A DNA stretch of 64,000 nt, taken from contig OX597820.1 of assembly GCA_951406725.2 (NCBI GenBank), forward strand, positions 28,210,001 through 28,274,000, given 5' to 3'. How positions within the stretch are numbered: the first letter of the stretch is position 1; each line of letters begins with the position of its first letter. Positions 1 through 13,937 of the stretch are shown piece by piece. The stretch is from Octopus vulgaris. Its lineage: Eukaryota. A program made the translations under genes and the position numbers. Below the pieces are notes generated by a model. That model saw nothing but the letters and a program-made list of their open reading frames with translations, did not search any database and was not told where the DNA came from.

Positions 1-300
1 TTGGTGTAATGGATAGTGTATTCATCTCACAATCGTAAAGTTGTGAGTTCGACTCCCGGCAGAGCGTTGTGTCCTTGAGCAAGACAATTTATTTCACATT
101 GCTGCAGTTCACTCCCCTGGCAAATATGAGTTGTATCTGTATTTCAAAGGGCCAGCCATGTCACATTCTGTATCACGTATTAATCTCCTTGAGAACTACT
201 TCAAGGGTACGTGTGTCTGTAGAGTGCTCAGTCACTTGCACATTAATTTCAGTTGATAGGATCAACTGGAACCCTCATCGTCGTAAGTGACGGAGTTCCA
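1..300 (+). mobile_element. tRNA-derived SINE (group C; CORE-like centre 'Y' + tail 'P')
   Basis: A-box-like TGGTGTAATGG and B-box GTTCGACTCC, then GTGTCCTTGAGCAAGACA..TTTATTTCAC. The tail (GTATTTCAAAGGGCC...GACGGAG) matches the copies at 46402-46781 and 44294-44600. Confidence 0.8.
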
Positions 301-689
301 AGGAAGAACATGCTCAAGTCAACACTAGTTCACATAGAAAAAGTAATATGAAATTTATTATATATTTTTTAGTAGATTCAATCAGTTGTCTGGACGCCAT
401 GCTGGGGTACTAACTTCCAATATTTAGACAACAAAATCTAACAGCATTATATCAAATTTTTGCTTAATTTATAAAATCCTTTCGGATTGGGACAATTAGT
501 ATATATTCATGTAGGTGAATAAAGAGTCACAGCTATATACAAACATAGACACATGTACACACGCACATCTATACATAACACAGATGTAAGCGAACAAGGA
601 AAAGTCGCTTAAACACCTTTAATTCGGCTAATCGTAATACTTGTTCTCTCTGAGTGTACGAAACGGCAGACACTCTGCGACACAAATAA

Positions 690-929
<240 letters not shown>

Positions 930-2105
930 TGGTTTCTTTGCATTATAAATTTATTTCAGCTGCTTTGTACCGGGCATCCTCCAGAGGTCAAGAGTGGCAA
1001 GGGCACTTTTTTACTATGCATGCTAAAATTATCACCACATTTATTCCATTTTAGATAGAGAGTGCTTTCCGTAGTATATAGGGTTGTATCCATCAAGTTT
1101 ATCATTTGTAATTCACGGAGATTGGAGTTACCAGGGAGTTGATTAATATACTTCTCAGCTCCCTTCTTTATCATCCCCAGCGCCCCAATTACTACTGGTG
1201 TTATCGTAGTATTAAGTTTCCACATTTTTGTGATTTCAATTTGCATATCTTTATAGTGAGAAAGGTTTTCGTATTCTTTTCTTGAAACATTTTGTTACTG
1301 TGGGATAGGCATATCTATTAACAGACAAGTTCTTCTGTCGTAGTCCTTGATCACAATGTCTTTTTGTATTTGGAAGTTCCAATGGATAGTGACGCCCTTG
1401 CCATTTACTACATCCTCTGGATGGCGCCTGTGCCACTTTTCATGGGATTTAATTTTGTAGTATTTACAAGCATTTCAGTGGATGTACTCTCCTAGCCTGT
1501 CATGTCTTATGAGGTACTCCTTTTCAGCGAGGAATGGGCAGCCAGAAACAACATGATCAATTGTGTCTGAGAAATTTCCGCAAATTCTCAACGTGGAATC
1601 ATATCTGGCTTTAAGGACATTTGCATGGTAGTTTCTGGTAGCTAAGCTTTGATCTTGCGCTTTAATAACAAAACTTTCTGTTTCCCCTTTCAGACCTGCT
1701 CCAGTGGTGTGTCAGATTCTGATCAATATCTGACTTGGACAGGCGGTTAGGGTATTTTCCATGCAGGGTTTTTTTTCTTTCTAGTTGTCTTCGATATTAT
1801 TCATGCAAGCTTTCTTTCCTTTTTTTTTCATGTGTTTTTGCATCAGTGATAGGTTTGTCACTACTTGGATCTTGTTAGTCTTTCTGGTTGTTAATTTCTA
1901 AATTAGGAGAAGCAATGATAGATATGCCAGTATTTGGGTGTTTTTGGTCATTCTTATTGTTAACTTGTAGGCCATGAAACTTTTTAAATTTCTGACGAAT
2001 CTTCATGACTGAAGGTTGCTTGGAATCATCATGCTTCAGAGCAGTTCGTAAGAGCACGTTACTTGTATTAAGGTACGTTCCATGGCCTATTATTTCTGAT
2101 TTCAA
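930..2105 (-). mobile_element. Degenerate 5'-truncated R4/Dong-type non-LTR retrotransposon (restriction-like endonuclease end)
   Basis: Minus-strand peptides EITKMWKLNTTITPVVIGALGMIKKG..LRELQ and (frameshifted) YILRKALSI* align with the C-terminus of 6671..7555. SEIIGHGTYLNTSNVLLRTALKHD aligns with IATIGLDTYLKNSEDWMLKLVSKHE. The element ends in (TAA)n. Confidence 0.88.
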
Positions 2106-2106
2106 G

Positions 2107-2162
2107 GAAATACCGCTAAGCATTTCGCCCGGCGTCCTAACAATTTTGCCAGCTCGCCGCCT
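2107..2162 (-). mobile_element. Isolated 5' head of group A SINE abutting the LINE 5' junction
   Basis: Reverse complement GGCGGCGAGCTGGCAAAATTGTTAGGACGCCGGGCGAAATGCTTAGCGGTATTTC matches the heads at 33579 and 46047. Confidence 0.8.
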
Positions 2163-2188
2163 CGACAACAACTACAACGACGACGACG

Positions 2189-2220
<32 letters not shown>

Positions 2221-2240
2221 AACAACAACATCAACAATCA

Positions 2241-2448
2241 TTTCTACAAAAGTCACAAGGCTTGAAATTTGGTGAAAGAGCAAAAGTTTATTACATCTAC
2301 CCCAGTAATTCACTGGTACTTAATTTATCGACCCAGACTGGATGAAAGGCAAAGTCTAAATCGGCGAAATTTCAAATGAGTACGTAAATACAGGCGAAAT
2401 ATTACTAAGCATTTTAGCCGGCGTGCAAACGAGTCTGCTAGCTTGCGA
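2241..2448 (-). mobile_element. Group A tRNA-derived SINE (Meta/MESC-like central domain), diverged
   Basis: Contains the reverse complement of GACTTTGCCTTTCATCC..GGTCGATAAATTAAGTACCAG, shared with 33579-33872 and 46047-46372. The Meta/MESC assignment is from memory of that domain. Confidence 0.8.
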
Positions 2449-3530
2449 ATTTAACAATAATAATAATAATTCATGCCATGATGCAATATCGGCGAGTAAC
2501 CCTTATGGCTTCTCTTCTTAATTGATTTGAAGTGCTAACATGTATGTATTTTGTCTTGATGTAAAAGATGGGCTACAACAAATATTCAGCTCAATACATA
2601 GATATATTTGTCAGTTACTTGACCATAACCAGTTGGCAGTGATCGGGGGAAAAAATGTTCGTTGAATGTATAAACAAAGTCAGCAGTTTTACTTAGGCTC
2701 AAATGTCCGGCTCCTCCCGAATTACGAGACACATAATAGAATGCCCTGCGGCAACGGAGCGAGTGTGTTCAACACACTGTTGAAGTAAAAGGAGAAAGTT
2801 GTTCTATGATATACTCTACGATAAGTAGTATATTTTGCGTCAGAATCTACCTAGATATTTTAAGAATAAACGTCCAATTATTCCACCGGACCTCGCTGTA
2901 CACGGTGCACATAACCATTGTTTTTAACAAATATTTTGCACTCAGGATAAAATGATACTACTTGAATGACTTCAAGTAGATTCTTTCGAATTAGAGTCAG
3001 ACAATTTGAATGAAAAACAAACGAGAAATAAATCCAATATAATAAAGATCCACGAAACATGATGACAATACAGTGAATTGAATTAGAGCGAACTGGAAGC
3101 AATTTTGAAAGGACATATGAAACATCAATTTATATGTAAATTTAACATCTGTGATGAAAAGACAGATTCATTGAATGTTACTCCGACAGGAATTTTTCAC
3201 AACTCTCAACAAACATAATCAAATTAGTTACTTCAAACCAGACAAAAATTATGATTTATTGTTCAACACTGCGTAAGGTTGGTTATATTAAAATAATAAA
3301 TTAATAAAATTAGTTGGTTAAAAACAAAGAAATATTAGAAGAAATTTATTAAAATTGTTAAATTTTATTGCATTTGTCAATTGTGATAGTCTCTCAAATA
3401 TTTGCTTAATGATTTATGTTGTTCAGACTAGTCTGTTCAGAGGTCTTTCCTCTCCCTCAGGAACCAGACCAATGCATTTGATATATCATACAGAATTATT
3501 AGAATTTGATTTTTGATTTTGATTTTTCCA

Positions 3531-3569
3531 AATTCAGCTAATGAGCTGTGGCCATGCTGGGGCACCGCC
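3531..3569 (-). mobile_element. Orphan 3' terminus of CR1-like LINE (stem-loop tail)
   Basis: Reverse complement GGCGGTGCCCCAGCATGGCCACAGCTCATTAGCTGAA closely matches the 3' end of the LINE at 41182-41230. Confidence 0.65.
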
Positions 3570-3921
3570 AATTTCTTCATTTTTGCATTAAAAAAATTAT
3601 AGAATATTTCTAGAACCACTTGATACTCTCAGACTTGCTAGATTCTCAGTTCAATATTTCAAAACTACTCTTATTTATCAAAAAGAAAATATGGAGGATA
3701 AATCTGTAATCTCTCTGAAATCATGCGACATTGATGAAGCTAATCATATCGATATATTGAATATCAATATATTCAAAATACTAATGTTCTAACATTTATA
3801 ATGTATGTAGAAACGTAATATATAGTAACATTTTGTTACTGAGAAACCTTTCAATGAGGCTTGCTTCTTGAAAATCTTAATGCTTCGCAACTCAGTGTGT
3901 CGTTAGGCACAGTTTTCGCCG

Positions 3922-3969
3922 ACTACTACTACTACTAATGTTACTACTACTACTACAACTACAACAACA

Positions 3970-4007
<38 letters not shown>

Positions 4008-4027
4008 AACTACTACTACTACTGCTG

Positions 4028-4083
<56 letters not shown>

Positions 4084-4103
4084 GCTACTACTACTACTAC
4101 TAC
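3922..4103. repeat. (CTA)n microsatellite
   Basis: Read directly. Confidence 0.97.
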
Positions 4104-4294
4104 TATATAACATACAGAAAATTATAACACATATAACATACAGAAAATTGCACTACTAGGCATTGCACACATCCTACGCAGAACACTTTCCATACAATAA
4201 CCATCAGAGCATCACATCAAATCACAGCACATACCCAAGGCACACAGAGCTGCGCTCGGTAGTGAAGTGAAAGCACGCTATAAAAATAAAACTA

Positions 4295-4298
<4 letters not shown>
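4104..4298 (+). mobile_element. Very short 3' stub of a second R4/Dong-type LINE subfamily
   Basis: Encodes IQKIALLGIAHILRRTLSIQ*, homologous to IQKIVLMGTAHILRKILSM* at about 7500-7555. It has its own 3' UTR, followed by (AAT)n then (GAT)n to about 4420. Confidence 0.8.
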
Positions 4299-4359
<61 letters not shown>

Positions 4360-4386
4360 TGATGATGATGATGATGATGATAATAA

Positions 4387-4421
<35 letters not shown>

Positions 4422-5414
4422 CTATGATAATATATGCGAAGGCGAATATCAGTGTATCAGTGTGTCACACTGTTTCAACTTTACTCCTCCGACCGTCTCT
4501 CTCACTGTTCAACGCCACCTGTTTTATCCCTCTCACTATTCAATGACTCTTCTACTATTCTTCATTCTTTTTTTTTATCCTAACCTTTTGAAAAAAAAAT
4601 TTCTCTAAATATTATAGCAATTTCCAAAAGTAATTTCAAAAATAAACATTTTGAAAATATCTTTCTCTACATATTATAACAGTATCAAGTAATTTAACCA
4701 TAACACGTGCTTCATAAATTTCAGAACTGAAATACATATTGAGCTCACAATATTACCCCTCATAAATCTCTACCATAAAAATGTTGTAAACTTAGTATTT
4801 TTTCAGATATTAATAAAATGTGTTGGACCTATTTTCATGCCGTCGTCTGTCGGAGCTATAGAAACGTAGCACCTTCTGACTGCATGAAAATAGATTCGAC
4901 TAATTTTGTTATTACCTTAAAAATGCTAAAAACTTTTCAAACATTTTTATAGTCAAATACGTTTAGAGCAATTCCAAACCATAAAAATCCCACTTTAAAA
5001 TATTGTTTAGCGACAGTGGTGTAATTTTCCTCCAAACTACGAACAGGAGTTTAGATACGTTCCAGCTACTGCAAATAATGGTACGTAAAGTAAGGCCCTA
5101 CGTACATCAAATTGTCTTTAAATTAAGTGGCGAGAGAAGAATTAACGCTGAACTTTTAAAAGGTAAATTTATTGTTGCCTACGGCCAGCTATATACTGGT
5201 GTTGTTCAAGGGTAGGGAATGGAAACAAGCAATTTGTACTGAGCCCGAATGAGAAGACAAAAGAAAAGTTGCTTATCAAACAGCTTTGCAATAAGTTCCA
5301 AATCGACAAATTCTTTCAATGTTTTGATGAAAATTGTTCATTCCTTGAAAATTATTGTTCAAGTTTAATAAAATTTACTATCTACTCAATGCATTAAGTG
5401 TCATTGTTGGGCCC

Positions 5415-5423
5415 ATAATAATA

Positions 5424-5458
<35 letters not shown>

Positions 5459-5490
5459 TAGTGATGACAATAATAATAAGAATAGTGATG

Positions 5491-5567
<77 letters not shown>
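5415..5567. repeat. (TAA)n microsatellite, upstream flank/target of the R4/Dong LINE
   Basis: Read directly. Confidence 0.95.
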
Positions 5568-5570
<3 letters not shown>

Positions 5571-7555
5571 GGAATATACCTATAGTTTTTTAACAGACAG
5601 CAGCATATTCCCTAATGAACAGAAAGGATGTAAACGTGGATCCTACGGCTGTAAAGACCAACTACTCATCACAAACGACACAAAAACTTATCAATAGCCT
5701 GGATAAACAATAAAAAGGCTTTTGATAGCCTACCACATAGCTGGATTAGGAAATGCCTGGAAATGTATAAGATAGCACCTACTCTGCGAAACTTCTTGAC
5801 TGTAAGTATGAGATCATGGAGAACCACACTAACTCTGAACAGTGACAATGAATCCCTAAATGCTGGTGATGTAAAAATTTCATGTGGCATTTTCCAGGGT
5901 GACTCACTGTCACCACTCCTCTTTTGTTTATCCTTAATACCTCTCTCTCAAAGCTGCTCAATGACGCGCAGTACGGGTATAAAATGTTTGATGAAAATAT
6001 AAATCATCTCGTTTACATGGATGATTTAAAGCTTCTTGCGAAAAATGACTACTAGCGATAGTCAAACAATTCAGTGACGACATCAGAATGCAATTCGGCC
6101 TCGATAAATGTGCAAAGGCTACCTTTATCAAAGGAAAAATGACAGAAACATCTAACGTTAACCTTGACCAACAGAATGTCATAAAAGAACTAGACCCAGC
6201 GGAGAGCTACAAGTACCTAGGGGTAATTGAAGGGAACGGAATAAGGCATTCAGAGATGAAGGAAAGGATCAGGAGAGAATGCTATCGAAGAGTGAGAGCA
6301 ATACTCAAGACAGAGCTGAATGCAAGAAACAGGATCGAAGCAATCAATGCATTAGCTATACCAGTCGTGACTTACAGTTTCAATATTGTTAACTGGTCAA
6401 TTACTGAAATATGTCAGCTCGACAGAAAAATAAGGAAACTGTTGACAATGCATAGAATCCACCACCCTAAGGCAGATACAGAACGACTCTATCTGCCAAG
6501 AAAAGAGGGAGGCCGTGGTCTTTTGCAACTGGCAATAACAATGAAGATTGCTACAATTGGCCTAGACACCTACCTGAAAAACTCTGAGGACTGGATGTTA
6601 AAACTTGTCTCAAAACATGAAAACAAGAAAGCATCATACTCAGTCACAAAACAGGCAAAGGAATATCTAAGTGAATTCCGAACAACCAATTTCGGAATTA
6701 GAGATAGATATACAAGAAACAAGCACAGAAAAAGCTAGGCGCATGAAAACCCGTGCCAAAACTGCGGCCTTAGATATTCTGAATAATAAATGGCAAGAAA
6801 AACCTCTCTATGGCAAATACCCAAAGAGAGCGAATAATGCAGATATCGACAAAGCCCTGACCCATCAATGGCTAATGGCCTCTGGCTTAAAATCTGAAAC
6901 AGAGGGGTTTATCATAGCAGCTCAAGATCAATGCCTACCAACAAGAAACTACCAGGCCAACATATTAAAGAACGGCAGTAGCCCAACATGTCGTGTATGC
7001 CGACAACAAAATGAAACCATTGACCATGTTGTCTCCAAATGCAGTCTTCTAGCGCCTACAGAGTACCTCAGTAGGCATGATAGAGCTGCACAATATATTC
7101 ACTGGGTAATTTGCAAAAACCTGGATTTGCCCCATGAAAAAAATTGGTGGGAACACAATCCACCTCCTGTGCTTGAAAATGACCACATCTCACTCCTCTG
7201 GAACTTCACCATTCAAACAGACAGGAAGATAGATGCAAATAGGCCAGACATTATATTGAAAGACTTCAGACAAAGAACATGCCTCCTAATTGATATGACT
7301 GTCCCAATCGATATAAACGTATCTGTCAAGACCTACCAAAAACTGAGCAAATATAAAGATCTTGAAATAGAAATCAGCAAAATGTGGAAGCTGAAGACTA
7401 AAACAATACCTGTTGTCATAGGTGCCCTGGGAATGATAGCGAAAGGGACTGATTGCTACCTAACTCAGATACCAGGAAACCCCAAAATGGCAGAAATTCA
7501 AAAGATAGTGCTCATGGGAACTGCTCATATCCTACGCAAAATACTCTCTATGTAA
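5568..7555 (+). pseudogene. Disrupted RT-REL polyprotein (ORF pieces 5763..6002, 6088..6738, 6671..7555)
   Basis: Consecutive homologous pieces lie in different frames; the stop is at 7553-7555. Confidence 0.9.
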
Positions 7556-7752
7556 TCCCAAGGTTTAAAACAAACTTTTTTTTTATTTATTGTTTTTTTT
7601 ATGTATTAGACATTCACTAGTACAACACAAAAAAAAGAGAGAAAGAAAAAAAAACCCAAATATATGGCACAGATCTTCCAACCTGTTGTCTCTTGAGGTC
7701 TCTGGGTGAGACTTGGAGCCAACTTGTACAGACATAAAGCAAAAGTCAAACA

Positions 7753-7755
<3 letters not shown>
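5568..7755 (+). mobile_element. 5'-truncated R4/Dong-clade non-LTR retrotransposon (RT + CCHC + restriction-like endonuclease), frameshifted
   Basis: RT motifs EQKGCKRGSYGCKDQLLI, GIFQGDSLSPLLFCL, HLVYMDDLKL and MQFGLDKCA. Zinc knuckle CRVC..ETIDHVVSKC, then RHD and the PD..D..K endonuclease NRPDI..LIDMTVP..KLSKY. (TAA)n lies on both sides. Confidence 0.95.
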
Positions 7756-7789
<34 letters not shown>

Positions 7790-7902
7790 GATAATGATAA
7801 GAAGTAGAAGGAGGAGGAGGAAGAGAAACTGGAGGAGAAGAAGAAAAAGGAGAAGAAGGAGGAGAATGAAGAGGAAAAGAAGAAGAAGAAGAAGACGGAG
7901 AA

Positions 7903-8275
7903 GAATGTGGGTGTTTGGTAAATAGCTTGCTTTCCAGCCACATGGTTCCGGGTTCAGTCCCGCTGCGTGGCACCATGGACAAGTCTCTTCTCCTAAAGCC
8001 TCATGCCGACCAAAGCTTTTTGCGTGGAGTGTGGATTTGGTAGACGGAAACTGAAAGAAGCCCGTCGAATATACATATGCGTGTATGTGTTTGTGTATCT
8101 GTGTTTATCCCTCCTAACACTGCTTGACAACCGATGCTGGTGTGTTTACGTTCCCGTAACTTAGCGGTTCTGCAAAAGACACCGATAGAATAAGTACTAT
8201 GCTTACAAAGAATAAGTCTTGGGCTCGATTTGCTCCAGTATGGCCGTAGTCAAATGACTGAGACAAGTAAAGGAA
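7903..8275 (+). mobile_element. Group B tRNA/CORE-like SINE with CR1-type tail
   Basis: B-box GGTTCAGTCCC, CORE-like CCATGGACAAGTCTCTTCT, internal (TA/TG) tract, and tail GGCCGTAGTCAAATGACTGAGACAAGTAAA. About 8 related copies occur in the window. Confidence 0.88.
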
Positions 8276-8309
8276 TATGCTGATACATATTACATGCATG
8301 ATGCATATA

Positions 8310-9608
8310 CATAGTGGGGCAGAGAAAACGGACGTTTTTTTATGAATTCACAAAATCATTAATTATAGATGGAAACAAATCTGACATTAATGTGTTTGTA
8401 TTGAATTAGCGTTTGTCAAACTTACGTGTGGAAGACAACATCTCTCATGTGGTGTCCGTTTTCATTAATGCATTTTTGAAGGCGTTCTTGGAAGGTGGCC
8501 TACAATTTCTCCAGCATTGCTCTGTCGATTTGAGCGACTTCCAAGCGAATAGCTTCCTTCAAATCGTCCAATGTACAGGACTTATGCGCATACACACGTC
8601 TATTGAGGTTTCCCCACAAGAAATAGTCACACATGGACAAAGCAGGGGACTGAGGGTCCATGAAATGTCAGCAAGCCTGTAAACGAGTAAGTCACCGAAA
8701 ATAGGGCGACGAACATCCATTGATGCTCTAGATGTGTGGGCCCTCGTCCCTTCCTGCTGAAACCGCCCACGTCGAATAGGCATACGTTTTCGTCGTAATT
8801 CAGGTACAATGAAGTGGTTTATCATCTCGATATAACGCTTGAAGTTCATAATAACAGCATTTCCATTATTGTCTTCTAAAACGTAAGAACAGATGACGGC
8901 AGCTTTTCCTTCACCTCACCATACCGCCACTTTTTGGCTTACACAGTAGTCTTTTTGTAGTTCTCTTTCATTTTCAGGAGCCCAATTACGACAGTTCTGT
9001 AGATTCACCATGCCACTGAGGTGAAAATGAGTTTCATTAACGAAATGAGGTTGTTATTTGCCAAAGAAATTGCTTCCATCTGACGTGTGAAGTTAAGCCG
9101 CTGTGCATAGTTCCATATTTTCAACTGTTGCCTAATTACCAATTTGTACGGGTGGAAATGCAGGCCTTCATGCAAAATTGGCCTTACCGATCGATAAACC
9201 GATGTCAAGTTCAATAGGATGCCGCCGAGCAGAGCGATTCAGACTCCGTATCAAAGCTTGTCTGACGCTTTCCACATTTTCCGGGGTCCGTACCGTTCGT
9301 GTTTCCACCACCACTCTTCTATTCATTGGTGTACCTCGTGTATAAAGTGTATATACCCAACTTAAGATTGTGTTACGAGTGGGAATTGTCTGATTTCGGT
9401 GAATGTTGAAGTGACAGATTTGTTACTCTTCACGTAACTGTCGTAGGCAAACACGCGATGCTCTTTCGTCCACAGTGCCATGGCTTCAGCTTAAAGTAAA
9501 AAGTGCTAAGACACCACAGACTCAATGGTACCTGTCAGACATATGTCGCCCTCCCTGATGCTGAGTAACAGCCATTTCAAAAACGTCCATCCTCCCTGGT
9601 GTACTCTG
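8310..9608 (-). mobile_element. Full-length but decayed Tc1/mariner-superfamily transposon (DD41D/rosa-like)
   Basis: About 1.3 kb with TA on both sides and imperfect ~30-bp TIRs (CATAGTGGGGCAGAGAAAACGGACGTTTTT vs rc CAGAGTACACCAGGGAGGATGGACGTTTTT). Peptides LHFHPYKLVIRQQL and FIVPELRRK..RFQQEG..AHT; multiple frameshifts. The subfamily call is tentative. Confidence 0.85.
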
Positions 9609-10059
9609 TATTTTTATGTGCTATAGACTCATACATATCAAAAGAAATTACCATTAAAATTTTTATCCGGAATTTGAAAGATTCTCATGTTATTTTTTAC
9701 TACAGCGAATATATTTTAAACTAATACTAAATTTTAGAATAAACACATATTCAATTTTATATTGACTTTAAATGCAGTGAACGTTTATAGATTTTTTTAT
9801 TACTGGTGTGTAAAATGAAATTTAAAAATTGTAAGCATGAACAACTACATAAGAATATATAAATAACGTTGAAGTGAGAGAATTTCTGTTCGTTGAATAA
9901 AAAGAAAAATGAAATAACAAAACGAAGATAAAATATTTAGAAAATAAAATCGAAAAAGAGGAACTATCATTTCTGTTAAGAATTTACATCATTCAGCAAG
10001 TTCTGCTTTTAGCAATAAGAAACAACAGTTTCATGCGCGTATGTTGTGAATACACACAA

Positions 10060-10097
<38 letters not shown>

Positions 10098-10424
10098 ACA
10101 CACATACACCCACACGCACACACACACACATACACACGCACACAATCACGCACACTAACACGCACATACAGACAGGCACACACGCATATATATTTACATA
10201 TATAAATATGTATATAAATATATGTACATATATAAATGAATGTATATAAATGTATATCTACAAACAATATATATATGTGTAGTTGTGAGTGCGTGTGTTT
10301 GTTTATAGATATATAAATATACACACATATGTATACATATATGTCCATATCTACATATGTTGACTGACGTACATAAACATGTGTGTGTATTTATTTGCAT
10401 ATACACCATCACCGCCATATATAC

Positions 10425-10461
<37 letters not shown>

Positions 10462-11118
10462 AATATGCACGCATGTGTTTAGTTTCTTTTCCAAAATTTC
10501 ATGTTTGAAAGAAGTTTCTTTTTTTTTATCTTTTTCACTACAACATGTTAACGCTATTTTCGGCTAGAGGGTTGCATGACGTCATAGGCAGAGCTCACAG
10601 AGCCCCAAGAGACAAGAGGATCGGTTCCAAATCGAAGGATGTTTCGTGTGGTTCTAATTAGAAAAGCCTCCAGTCAATGTTGAATAAGGGGATGGAACGT
10701 TGGTTGTTAAATAACACGATTATCGATTTCTTTAACAAACTCGTTGTTTTTAAACAATTACACAAAAAGCACAAACACACACGTACACTTATTTCGTTCA
10801 ATTCTTTTTTTTTATTTTGTTATCAACCATTCATTTAATTTATTTTTGTTTCACAATCGTATAATTTCAACTTCGACTATTCGTTTCAGTATATAGATAG
10901 AAAAACATGAACGGCTGCTTGGAGCTAGTACAAATCAACACTGGCTGATCAGTAGGAATTTTGGCAGCTTGGTACTACTTGAAAAAGCTTGTTAAGCTGT
11001 CTAAGTCTTGCGATTGTGTAATCATGTGTGCAAATATCTTTCAGATAATTGATATGTATATCAACGTCTGTACGACGGTATAAGTGTATGCATAAATATA
11101 TTACGTATGAATATACAT

Positions 11119-11194
<76 letters not shown>

Positions 11195-11460
11195 TATATG
11201 TAAATATATATATGTATATATGTATATATATATCTATATATGTGTAAATATATGTATATATATACATACATATATGTGTATATATATTATATATACACAT
11301 ATATATATAAATATATATATTTATGTATGTATGTAAGTAGGTAGATACGTAGATGTTTGGGAATGTCTGTGTGTATATATACAAAGCAATAAAAACATAT
11401 GCATGTGTGTATACATATATATATCGATCTCTCTATCAAACTACATATGTGTGTATGTAC

Positions 11461-11491
<31 letters not shown>

Positions 11492-12151
11492 TTGTGATCG
11501 ATAGGTTAATAGATAAGTAAATAGATATTCATATGTATATACTTATATATACATAGCAGTATATTTATAAAAGCACACGTATGTATGTATTTATGTATGT
11601 ATGTGTGTATGCATTCAGGTGTTTATGTAAGGGGATTTTATATTCTATACCGGTATGTGCTTAAATATGATTGGAAAGTACTGATGGTTCTTTGGAATGG
11701 ATTTAATGTGTAGCTGTACACATCGTTTTGATGAGTGTGGCTGGATAAATTTAAGGAAGATTTTTCATTTCCCATTTATATTTGCTTCTCAATCTTATAT
11801 GGAAATATGTTAAAATTATGTGCTCACATACCTGTTATAGGATGTTTGTAATTGTGTGTCTCCGTGATTCGGTGTGGGTAGATGTAGTAGAATACGCTTA
11901 TGCTTTTTATCGTATCAGAAAAAGAATATTCGCGTTTGCTTGCTAAGATGCACGCATGCCATGTAAGGGCTTTCTTATTTCAACGTGTTTTGCAGTTGTT
12001 AGTACATGTGCGTACACGTGCGTACGTGCGTTGAAGGTTCTATGTACATCTTTTAATGTAGTAGTATCCAGAGATTTTGGCTTCTACACGGGACATACGT
12101 AAACGAATCTACTGTATATAAACACACACACACACACGTGCACACACACAC

Positions 12152-12222
<71 letters not shown>

Positions 12223-12230
12223 GATGGGAT

Positions 12231-12299
12231 GTGTAATTCATCAGATTGTTTGAGCCTGATGCTTTAAAAATCGGCACGAACTTTCCGGAAAACCCAATA
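12231..12299 (+). mobile_element. Mariner 3' TIR remnant (related remnant at about 33870-34003)
   Basis: GGCACGAACTTTCCGGAAAACCCAATA here vs GGCACGAACTTTCTGGACAATCCAATA at about 33977-34003; both end in TA, as mariner TIRs do. Confidence 0.55.
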
Positions 12300-12554
12300 T
12301 ATTCTATCTGTTAGCTAAATTTTGTCTTTAGCCATGTTTGTCATTCAGTCATGTGGAATGTCTTCACTGTACAGTGACAGTTTAGGGCTTTTTGAGACAT
12401 GTTTCAAAGTATTTGACAAGTAATAAATACTGTTGTTGGTTTCATAAAGGAAATATACAGAGATGAATGTATTTGTGTGTTTCTGTTATTTTAGTATATA
12501 ACTGAGTATAAGATTATATTTGTTTAGCGGCAGTTGCATTTAGCTATATATCAT

Positions 12555-12974
12555 TTATCCTCTACTTGTTTCAGTCATTTTATTGCGGTCATGCTGGAGC
12601 ACCACCCTGACTATTTTAATGAAATGAATCGAAATTATTGTTTTAAGCCTAGTAAATATTCTGTCGTTTTTGTTGTTGTTTATTGTCTATTTTTGCCTAT
12701 CAAATTACGCGTACGGAAACATACCAACACCGGTTGTCAAGCGGTGGTGGGGATCAAATGCATACGCAACGATACACACACACTAACACACACACAAGCA
12801 CTCTTATATATGCTTTGAGATTCTTTCAGTTTCCACCTACCAAATCTACTCATAAAGATTTGGTCTGCCCAAGTCTTTAGTAGAAGAAACCTATCCATGG
12901 TGCCATGCCAATGTCACTGAACTAAAAACCACGTGGCTGGTAAGCAAAATTCTTCCCACTCACCATGCCTGCAC
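12555..12974 (-). mobile_element. Group B SINE, diverged
   Basis: Reverse-complement similarity to 51592-51988 over head, centre and tail. Confidence 0.8.
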
Positions 12975-13752
12975 ATATATATGCAAAATTAATGCAAAAA
13001 TACGTCTACACTTTTGATTTTAAAAATTCGATAGTTGGTGGTGAGGATCTACAGATTAATTCGTATGCGTTTAGTTTTGTGCGTATTATTTGATTGCTAT
13101 ATATTCCGTATTTCCGAATGTGAACAACATGCAGACTACGAAAAAAGGAAAAACAAAAATAGAAAGAAAATGAAAGAAATTATTGAATGCGCTTTCTGAC
13201 ATGGCGCCACTGTTTCAACAATAGTTTTACCAACTAAATTAAACGTCTTTGATACAATGTTCACTTGGAGAACTTTAATCGGAGAAAATAATTCCATTAT
13301 ATGATAATGACTATTCATATGAAATTTCGAGCGAAATCGAAAGCAGGTGGCATTTGAATTTAGATTGTACGGGGAAAGAACAGAAATCCTTTTTCGACAT
13401 CGTATAGTATGAATTACTGCAAATTTTATATAACGATAAAATAACAAGAGTTGGTTAAGAGCAGACATAGGAGTTGATGAGACGTAAATATTATGGAAAA
13501 CGATGAAAGAAAATATTTCAGAAGGCAGATTTGTAGACAGGCACAAATATATGTAATTGAAAGAGGGTGAGTTAAACAATCGATCGATACAGAGAAGGAT
13601 GTAAGTTTTCAAAAAAAAAAAAAAAGGAACCAAACTTCCAAGTTCAATATGTGTGCGTTTGAAAATGTTGTATCACTATATATATAAATAGAAAGGGAGG
13701 TGTGTGTGTGTGTGTGTGTGTGTGCATATACATACATACATACATATATATG

Positions 13753-13786
<34 letters not shown>

Positions 13787-13789
<3 letters not shown>

Positions 13790-13937
13790 GCCCAGGAGCA
13801 GCTGTGTGGTAATAAGCCACATGGTTCTGGGTTCAGTCCCACTGCGTAGCATCTTGGGTAAGTGTCTTCTACTATAGCCTCGGGCCGACCAAACGTTGTG
13901 AGTCGATTTGGCAGACGGAAACTAAAAGATGCCCGTC

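Noticed and set aside
10574-10585. Perfect CRE palindrome ATGACGTCAT
   Set aside because: A single short motif with no promoter or transcript evidence.
10590-10650. LTEPQ...NRRM / GGTTCCAAATCGAAGGATG, reminiscent of homeobox helix 3 (WFQNRRM)
   Set aside because: No Trp codon, wrong spacing, requires frameshifts, and no helix 1-2 similarity; most likely chance.
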